DNA of 55,711 nucleotides, from IMG/VR virus record IMGVR_UViG_3300046822_000225, positions 1 to 55,711 of that record; one strand, 5' to 3'. Positions within the stretch are counted from its first letter, which is position 1. Each line of letters begins with the position of its first letter. A program made the translations under genes and the position numbers. Of the stretch, positions 49,156 to 55,711 are shown one piece after another. Source of the stretch: a virus (taxonomy: Duplodnaviria > Caudoviricetes). The notes under the pieces are model-generated. The model had not been told where the DNA came from and ran no database searches. It saw nothing but the letters and a program-made list of their open reading frames with translations.

Positions 49156-49478
49156 TCACGAGCCCACGAAATCCCTGCAAAGATGCAGGACACGCCCTCC
49201 TAGCTCAGTTGGTAGAGCACTTCCATGGTAAGGAGGTGCAGGGTGTCCACGCAGGGCCTTCCCAGTCATCGGGAGCCGCGAAAACACCTGCTCACGCCCC
49301 TGAAACGAGTGGACACCGAGACGCCGCCGGGCGCCCGCTGACCGGTCCTGACGGACGCGCAAAGGACGCGCTGACCGCAGCTCCCAACCCACGGGTTATG
49401 CGATACATGCAGAGCGACGCTCGGGCCCGCAACATTCGAGATCGACGCGCGGGCGAGACGGACGCGCAAAGGACACAC
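49108..49478 (+). other. attP: core 49194-49236 with tandem arm-type repeats at 49108-49126, 49353-49371 and 49460-49478
   Basis: GGACGCG-N4-GGAC(G/A)C pairs on both sides of a tRNA fragment next to int. Confidence 0.8.
49194..49236 (+). tRNA. 5' half of tRNA-Thr(GGT); truncated, probable att core
   Basis: GCCCTCC TA GCTC AGTTGGTA GAGC A CTTCC ATGGTAA GGAGG, with no T arm or 3' acceptor strand. Confidence 0.88.
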
Positions 49479-49757
49479 ATGACCTCCGCGCGATCGGGCG
49501 CCGCCGTCGGACAAGGCCTCGGGGTAGCCCATGAGCTCGCGGCGACCGCGACCACTGAGCACATGCTCGCGATGGAGGCCGCGCAAACCGCCCTGTTTCA
49601 TGCGATCAAGGCGGGGGGGAGGCGCTCATCGCGGCACGCCAGCACATTTCACCGGCTGACTGGACGGACTGGTTGAAGAGCAACTTTGGATCCTTGGTTT
49701 CAGACGGCACATACCCACATCCGGTTGGCTACCTATCAGGAACTGCTATCGCTGAAT

Positions 49758-50222
49758 ATGTCGATGGCCCGCGCGAAGCAGGAGCTGTTCGGCTTACCCC
49801 GCGTTGTGCATCCCAGCGCAACCCGAGTTCGGACCTACGACCAGCACACGCGCGCGTCAGCCTTGGAGCTTCGCTCAGGAGGCCTTGCGATCGGCGAGAT
49901 CGCGGAAACGTTGAGCATTCCACCTCAGACAATCAGAAACTGGGTGCTCGATCCTGAGACGAAAGCCCCAAGAGCAGCGTTCACGCTCGCTGTCGAGGCG
50001 CATGCAGAAGGCAAAGGATCAGGAGCGCCTGAGGGAACTCAGGACAGAACGGGCTCAGCGGGGCTGCCGATCGGCAAGCGGGCAAAGCAATCGCCGAAAG
50101 CTACGCCTCGGTTCGGAAACTGGCGCAGGCTCTCGACAAGGCTCACTCGCAAGCTCAGAGCAACGCTCACAGGACCCGTCTTAGCGACGCCCTATCAAGG
50201 GCCTACGCGATCGAGGACATAA
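49758..50222 (+). CDS. HTH protein in a lower-GC patch; start uncertain
   Basis: ALELRSGGLAIGEIAETLSIPPQTIRNWV. Confidence 0.5.
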   Translation: MSMARAKQELFGLPRVVHPSATRVRTYDQHTRASALELRSGGLAIGEIAETLSIPPQTIRNWVLDPETKAPRAAFTLAVEAHAEGKGSGAPEGTQDRTGSAGLPIGKRAKQSPKATPRFGNWRRLSTRLTRKLRATLTGPVLATPYQGPTRSRT

Positions 50223-50269
50223 TTCAATTTTGCCTTGGCGTCGACGACTCGTGAGCAGGCTCGATCTCA

Positions 50270-50891
50270 CGATGCTTGCGCCGTGTCGCCATCGCGGCGG
50301 ACAAGGGCGGGCGCCCGTGGTTGTGGCTCGCGAGCGAGGCCGCCGATCACGGCGGCTATCCGCAGCACGTCCTTGCGCGAAGGCGATGTCGGACTGATCT
50401 GCGAGACCTACGACGAGCCCCCCGACCATCCGGCGATCACGCCCGAGTTCATCGCGACGTTCGACCCGCCGACCGTTCTCGCGCTGCTCGATCTTTGTTA
50501 GGTCGCGCCAGGAGGTCGCCGACGTGCGTGACGAGGCCGAGCGCCTGCGCGCGGCGTTGTGCGATCTGCTCGGCAACTCAGAGTTGCCGGTGCGACCGCC
50601 CGCTCGTCGTCGAGCCGTGCTCGAAATGTCGATGCACGCGCGTCCTGGATACGTGACCTTCTCGACCGTGTTCGCTCAGGGATGGGAAGCGGCCGGCCGG
50701 GACCTGCCGGAGCCCGACATCTCTCACGGGCAATGCAGGCATGGCCGATTGACCTCGCCGACGCCCCGCCAGGACTGCGAAGACCGCGGGCCTGTCGATC
50801 ACGGAAGATCGCCGAGCTCGCGGGCGTGACGCGCCAGACCCCCGTCTACACGGCGCTGATCGGCCGCGAGCGCCTGATCGCCGGCGAATAG
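50270..50891 (+). pseudogene. Fragmented Ead/Ea22-like and HTH remnants
   Basis: FIATFDPPTVLALLD and IAELAGVTRQT motifs in broken frames. Confidence 0.5.
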
Positions 50892-50938
50892 ACCGGGGAC
50901 GCGATACTCGACACCCTCGTCGCCAACCATCCCCCCGA

Positions 50939-51580
50939 TCACCGGCGACTGTTGACCTTGAGGTCTGCGCGTGCGAGGACGTAACGCACGCTCGAGCGCG
51001 CGATGTTGAGGCGCACGGCGATCTCGCGGGTGCTGAGGTGGCGCCGGTAGAGGCGCAGGATCTCGGCGTTGCGTTGCTCGAGCGGGAGCTCCTTGCCGTT
51101 CTGGGGGGGCTCGCCGAACTCGATGTCGCGGCCGGCAGCTTCGCGGGCGCGCCAGATGTCGGTGACGCCGCAACGGAAGGCGTTGGCGACATCGCGAGCG
51201 CTGAAGCCCTTGCCCTCCTTGATGATGCGCTCGTCGCGGTCGGCCTTGGACTCGACTTTGGTGCGGTCCGCGGATGACCGGCGGATGTGCTCGAGCATCG
51301 CGACCGCCTCCTCGAGCACGCGCTGGCGCTCGCCAACGTCGCCGGCGAGATCCCAGAGGTCGGCGTAGAGCAGGTGAGGCGCGTCTCCGCGCGCGAGCTT
51401 CGCGCGGCCGCGATCGTCGACGAGGGTGTAGTCGGGGGTGCCGCCGCCGTTGGCGTCGTAGGCGCTGATCCGCGCGTTGCTGGTGAGCGCCAGGGCCAAC
51501 AGCACGTCACGCATGCGTGTCTCGAGCTCGTCCAAGGCGGTATTGACCCGCTGGTGACGGTACCAACGAACGGCCACCAA
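50939..51580 (-). CDS. Protein with two HTH motifs (possible transcription regulator); start uncertain
   Basis: SARDVANAFRCGVTDIWRAR and STREIAVRLNIARSSVRYVL. Confidence 0.75.
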   Translation of the reverse strand: MVAVRWYRHQRVNTALDELETRMRDVLLALALTSNARISAYDANGGGTPDYTLVDDRGRAKLARGDAPHLLYADLWDLAGDVGERQRVLEEAVAMLEHIRRSSADRTKVESKADRDERIIKEGKGFSARDVANAFRCGVTDIWRAREAAGRDIEFGEPPQNGKELPLEQRNAEILRLYRRHLSTREIAVRLNIARSSVRYVLARADLKVNSRR

Positions 51581-51663
51581 CTCTAAACCCGTGGTTGAGA
51601 GTTGGTACGTTGTGGCCCATCGGCGCCCAAGGCCCCTGCCCGCGGCGCCTCGCTACCCGGCCG

Positions 51664-52863
51664 ATGCCAGACCTCTGCGAGCCGGAGGCGCAGCAACCGC
51701 ATCGCCTTGACGCCGCAGAGCGCTTCCGCCTGGTGCGGGCGCTGTGGCGCATGGGCCTGTGGCCGCTGCGCCTTCCCGGCGTCACCCACGACAGCCCGTT
51801 GTGCCAGGGCTACGCGAACGGCTGCATGTGCGCGCACTGCGACGCGCGGGAGCACCCGACGCCGGCGCCGCCGGCGGCCAGGCAGCCATGGGAAGCGCAG
51901 TGACCGAGGAGGTAGAGCCTGTGACGCTCGACATTAACACGCCTGCCGGTGAGCCGCCGCGCGCGCTGCTGGATGATGCGCTGCGCGAGCTGCTCGGGCA
52001 GGTGACGATCACCGCGTCGATGAGTCAGCGCCCGCCGCAGCTGTGGCCGTCCATCACGCAGGCGCGGATCGCGCAGGAGATGGACGACGTCGAGGACACC
52101 GTCCGCGCGTTGCGCAACGTCGCGCACGCGGCGATCGCGAGCATCGTGCGTGTCCGCGCGGCGGCCGAGCCGACATGAGCGAGCGCAAGCTATCCGCCGC
52201 GCAGGCGATGGCCTGGGCGACCGCCGAAGTCACCGCGCTGCAGATCAAGGCGACGCTGGACGCGGCCAAGAAGCGATGCGACGAGCTGCGTGCCCGCTAT
52301 GAGTCGCGCCTGCAGCCCAGCACCGACCCCGACGACGTCGACAAGGACGTCAAGGTCGCGACCGCCGGCGGCTGGTCGATCCGTCGCACGCGCTTCACCG
52401 GCGGCGAGCGCTTCTCGCTCACCGGCTACGTCAAGGCCGGCCACGACATCACGCCCGAGATGTCAGCGCACATCAGCGCCGGGAGCCCGCAGGTCCGCGT
52501 CACCGTCAAGCGCGTCGCCGGCCCGACCAAGCCCGGCGCCGTCGAGCGCACCTCGTGAAGCCGGTCAAGCACGCGGGCTCCGACGTCTGTTACCGCGGAC
52601 CATCGCCGGACATCGGCGATCTGTGGTGCATGCGCGAACGGCCCGGTCTGATCAACGTGGTCTACGAACTCGACGATGCCGAGCGCGCGCAGATCGCCGC
52701 CGGCGGGCGCATCATGCTCGGCGTCTGGAACGAGCCGATACCGCCGCTCTCGATGCGGATCCTCGACGAGCGGCAGTGCCGCCCTGTCGATGAGCACCCA
52801 TGGAAGGTTGGTGGTGCTGGCGGCCATGTGATCGCCGAGCTTGAGGACCCCGAGCGGTCCTGA
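51664..52863 (+). other. Four small hypothetical ORFs (51664-51903, 51900-52178, 52175-52558, 52555-52863)
   Basis: Translational coupling. Confidence 0.6.
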
Positions 52864-53193
52864 TGGCCGCCGGCGACATCACGGACGGGCGCCGCCGCGA
52901 CGAGGACATCCTGCCGTGCGACTACGAGCCTGGTGACTATGGCCGGCGCGGGTCGCGGTGGTGGGTCTGCCTCCCGACAGGCGTCCTAGGGCACCTCGAT
53001 GCTCGCTGGACGCTCATCGAGCACGAGGACGGCACCGCGACGCTCGGTGATCCACTCCCCGGATCGCTGCCGGACGAGGAGTGGCGCGAGAAGTGGTACG
53101 ACGGACCGACGATCACCGTCAGTCCGTCGATCTTCGACTCGCCGCAAGGGCTGGCACGGCTGGCTTGATCACGGCGTCTGGCGGGAGGTCTGA
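52863..53193 (+). pseudogene. DUF6527-like gene, frameshifted near 53147
   Basis: ITVSPSIF in one frame, WHGWLDHGVW in another. Confidence 0.55.
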
Positions 53194-53496
53194 ATGAGCG
53201 GCGATCCCGAGCACTTCTACGTCGGGCCCGGCTACCGCGACCCGCTCGAGGACCGCGACGTCGTCGACGTCGTCGACGACGTCGACGGCCCGACGCAGCT
53301 GGACCGTTACGACGACGCTCCGGTCGGTCAGCGCGCCAGTGCGGCGCTGCAGCGTGAGCTGACGTTCGGTGCCGGCGTCGACCAGCTGCTCGCTCGCGAG
53401 GAGCTCGAGCGCCGGGCGGGCGACGGATACCAGGCGTCGCTGCTCGGGCCCACCGAGCAGCTCGCTCTGACCGACACAACGAGGAGACCCGCGTGA
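53194..53496 (+). CDS. Acidic hypothetical protein
   Basis: RBS GGAGG; coupled to next gene. Confidence 0.55.
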   Translation: MSGDPEHFYVGPGYRDPLEDRDVVDVVDDVDGPTQLDRYDDAPVGQRASAALQRELTFGAGVDQLLAREELERRAGDGYQASLLGPTEQLALTDTTRRPA

Positions 53497-53729
53497 TCGC
53501 GAATCTGGCCAAGCGCTTCCGGTTCTATCCCGCCGAGGACCAGGTCACCCGCGACAAGCACGAGACGGTGCGCATGGTCTGCTCGACCGCGGCGACGGCG
53601 CTGGACGGTCTGTGCCCGGACGGGCGGGAAAAGAGCCTGGCGATGACCGCGCTCGAGGAGGCCATGATGTGGGCGAACGCCGCGATCGCGCGTGATGGCG
53701 CAGCGGCGGAGTTTCAGCGCTTCGCCTGA
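53493..53729 (+). CDS. Acb2/Tad1-like hairpin protein (candidate anti-defence nucleotide sponge)
   Basis: CP.GREKSLAMTALEEAMMWANAAIAR; RBS GAGGAG. Confidence 0.75.
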   Translation: MIANLAKRFRFYPAEDQVTRDKHETVRMVCSTAATALDGLCPDGREKSLAMTALEEAMMWANAAIARDGAAAEFQRFA

Positions 53730-53819
53730 CGAGGCGCTTGCGTATATCGGCGCGCGGCGGCGCGCCCGAACGCGGCGATGGACGTACGCAGAGGGGCGAC
53801 TGCGGTCAACCCCAGGGCA

Positions 53820-53892
53820 AGCGGCTGAAGGGTCTCGAACCCTCGACCTCGACGTTGGCAACGTCGCGCTCTTCCAGCTGAGCTACAGCCGC
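53820..53892 (-). tRNA. tRNA-Gly(GCC), full length, no encoded CCA
   Basis: Reverse complement GCGGCTG TA GCTC AGCTGGAA GAGC G CGACG TTGCCAA CGTCG AGGTC GAGGG TTCGAGA CCCTT CAGCCGC T. Confidence 0.93.
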
Positions 53893-54038
53893 ACTCACCG
53901 ATCGTAAGCAGGCCGGCGGCACCACCACTTCATCTGCATGGCAAGCAGAGGCCGGACCTGGGGCGAGATCCCGGGTCCGGCACGCTCTTCATCCGGCCGC
54001 TGCGACGCGACGGATTGCCGTCTGTACGGATCGCCGGG

Positions 54039-54263
54039 TCAGGGCCTCACCGTCCGGCCCAGCACACCACCGGTCGCGCCAGCCGCCCGATTCGCCAGCG
54101 CATCCAAACGGGCCGTGACGAACGCGTAGGACCCCGATCCCTGGCCGTTGAGGATCGCCAACAGCCGATGACGCTCCGCACGGCACGGCGCCGAGCAGCA
54201 CAGCGCGTCCGCTCGCATCCCATCCAGCGACCGGCCGTCGATCACGCAGCGCCGCTCATCCAT
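54039..54263 (-). CDS. Small Cys-motif protein
   Basis: RC..DG....MRADALCCSAPCR; same strand as tRNA-Gly. Confidence 0.55.
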   Translation of the reverse strand: MDERRCVIDGRSLDGMRADALCCSAPCRAERHRLLAILNGQGSGSYAFVTARLDALANRAAGATGGVLGRTVRP

Positions 54264-54981
54264 GGATCCATCGATCTCAGCCACCACGCGGATGATCGCC
54301 TACCTCCGCGTCAGCACCGACGAGCAGGCGATGAGCGGCCTCGGCATGGAAGGACAGCAGGAAGCGCTGCGCAGGGCGTTCGCCTACCGCGGCTGGGAGC
54401 TCGTCGACACCGTCCGCGACGACGGCGTCACCGGCAGCACGCTGCAGCGGCCCGGGCTGCAGCGTGCCCTGCGCCTGATCGCTGCCGGCGCCGCGGACGG
54501 CCTGGTCGTCGCCAAGCTCGACCGCCTCACCCGATCGATGCGCGACTTCTGCGAGCTGATCGACTGGTTCGAAGACGCCCGCAGCGCCCTCGCGATGCTC
54601 GAGCCCGACGTCGACACGTCCACGCCCGCCGGCCGCGCAGTCGCGCACGTGATGGTCGCCTTCGCAGAGATGGAGCGCGGCATGATCGCCGCGCGCACCA
54701 AGACCGCGCTGCAAGCCAAGCGCGCCCGCGGCGAGTCGATCGGGCGTCCGGCGATCGCCGACCGCCCCGAGCTCGCGCAGCGCATCCGCCACATGCGGGA
54801 GGTGCAGGACATGACGTTCCAGGCGATCGCCGACCGTCTCAGCAGCGAGCGCGTGCCGACCGCGCGCGGCGCGGCCACCTGGCGGCCCAGCAGCGTGCAG
54901 GCCGCCGCCGGCTACCGCCGGCCGCCCGCGCCGCGCCGACGGGCCGCGCTGCCACCGATCCCACGCGCGGGCGCCCGCTGA
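54262..54981 (+). CDS. Serine recombinase (resolvase/invertase family); alternative start 54292
   Basis: YLRVST (catalytic Ser), RPGL, KLDRLTRS, AEMER..I..RT; short C-terminal IADRL..PTARG..W DNA-binding domain. Confidence 0.93.
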   Translation: MDPSISATTRMIAYLRVSTDEQAMSGLGMEGQQEALRRAFAYRGWELVDTVRDDGVTGSTLQRPGLQRALRLIAAGAADGLVVAKLDRLTRSMRDFCELIDWFEDARSALAMLEPDVDTSTPAGRAVAHVMVAFAEMERGMIAARTKTALQAKRARGESIGRPAIADRPELAQRIRHMREVQDMTFQAIADRLSSERVPTARGAATWRPSSVQAAAGYRRPPAPRRRAALPPIPRAGAR

Positions 54982-55393
54982 TGCGCTGCCTCGCGCTCGC
55001 GCTCATCGCCGCCGCGATCTGCGCGCTCGTCTTCGCTGCAGGCTGGTACACGGCGTCTCTCCTCTCGCCCACCAGCACGAGCAGCGTTGCGCCAGCGCCC
55101 GGCGGTGGCCTTGCACACCCACCGCCGGGCCAACGCGCATGACCCGCCCGCTCTCACGCGACCTGCAACGCGCCGTCCTCTCGCGCTACCCCGGCGTCGA
55201 CGCCGTCGACGTCGCGCGCATCGAGGGCATCGAGCCAGGCCAGGTGCGCCAGCTGCGCGAACGCCACCGCCGCGCCGGCGACGACGGACTACCCGGCCAC
55301 ATCAACCAGCTGATCGACGCGGCATGGGCGCGCGAGCGCGAGCTCGCCGACATCGAACGCCTCATGCGCACCAACCGCAGCGCCCGAGCGTGA
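54981..55393 (+). other. Two small ORFs (54981-55142 membrane peptide, 55139-55393)
   Basis: Coupled starts/stops. Confidence 0.55.
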
Positions 55394-55665
55394 GCGTGCG
55401 GCTGCGTACCCGGATCGTCAACGGCCGCGCGGTCGCGACGTCGGCGGACGTCAGGGCGCACCCGCGCGGGCGCGCGTACGAGCGCGTGCGCCTAGCCGTG
55501 GCCGAGCGCGACGCCTGGATCTGCCAGCTCTGCGGCCAGCCGATCGACCGCCGGCTGCGGCGCCCTGACCCGATGGCGCTGTCTGTCCACCACGTGATCG
55601 AATTCGCCGCAGGCGGCTCGCATGCCATGTCCAACTTGCAGGCCGCGCACGACATCTGCCATTGA
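55390..55665 (+). CDS. HNH endonuclease (terminase-associated, HK97 gp74-like)
   Basis: RD.W.CQLCG..HHVI....GGS..SNLQAAH..CH; last gene before the genome end. Confidence 0.88.
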   Translation: MSVRLRTRIVNGRAVATSADVRAHPRGRAYERVRLAVAERDAWICQLCGQPIDRRLRRPDPMALSVHHVIEFAAGGSHAMSNLQAAHDICH

Positions 55666-55711
55666 CGTAGGGGGGCGGGTCACAGGGCCCTGCCCGACCG
55701 TCAGCGGCGAC

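Noticed and set aside
49152-49676. 174-aa ORF after int
   Set aside because: Runs across the att core and arm sites; no recognisable motifs.
54262-54981. IS607-type transposase or large serine integrase
   Set aside because: No N-terminal HTH, no tnpB, and too short, lacking a zinc-ribbon/coiled-coil domain.

Overview
The window looks like a complete, or nearly complete, ~55.7 kb genome of a GC-rich temperate siphovirus infecting an actinobacterium. Its IHF-like gene suggests a Thermoleophilia/Solirubrobacterales host (inference). It opens between the HNH gene and terS, and an 8-bp inverted repeat forms across the two ends when they are joined. Left arm (1-27.7 kb): terS, terL, portal, S49 protease, HK97-type capsid, an unusual head-region fibre/beta-helix cluster, head-tail genes, tail tube, a tail chaperone with an unannotated -1 frameshift extension, a tape measure protein with two cell-wall hydrolase domains, tail-tip genes, CHAP endolysin and holin. 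Centre (27.8-31.4 kb): an aberrant tRNA, morons and a cI/cro switch. Right arm: replication genes, many small ORFs, C5 and N6A methyltransferases, a phage-encoded IHF-Xis-Int-attP cassette, an Acb2/Tad1-like gene, tRNA-Gly(GCC), a serine recombinase and HNH. Best leads: (1) a 24-bp quasi-palindromic element, GACCGCA-NN-GG-NN-CC(C/A)CTGCGTCA, at five gene junctions of the early region; (2) an integration module with its own IHF and an attP core made of the 5' half of tRNA-Thr(GGU); (3) a tRNA-Arg-like gene with an extra anticodon-arm base. All family assignments are from motif recognition by eye; no searches were run.
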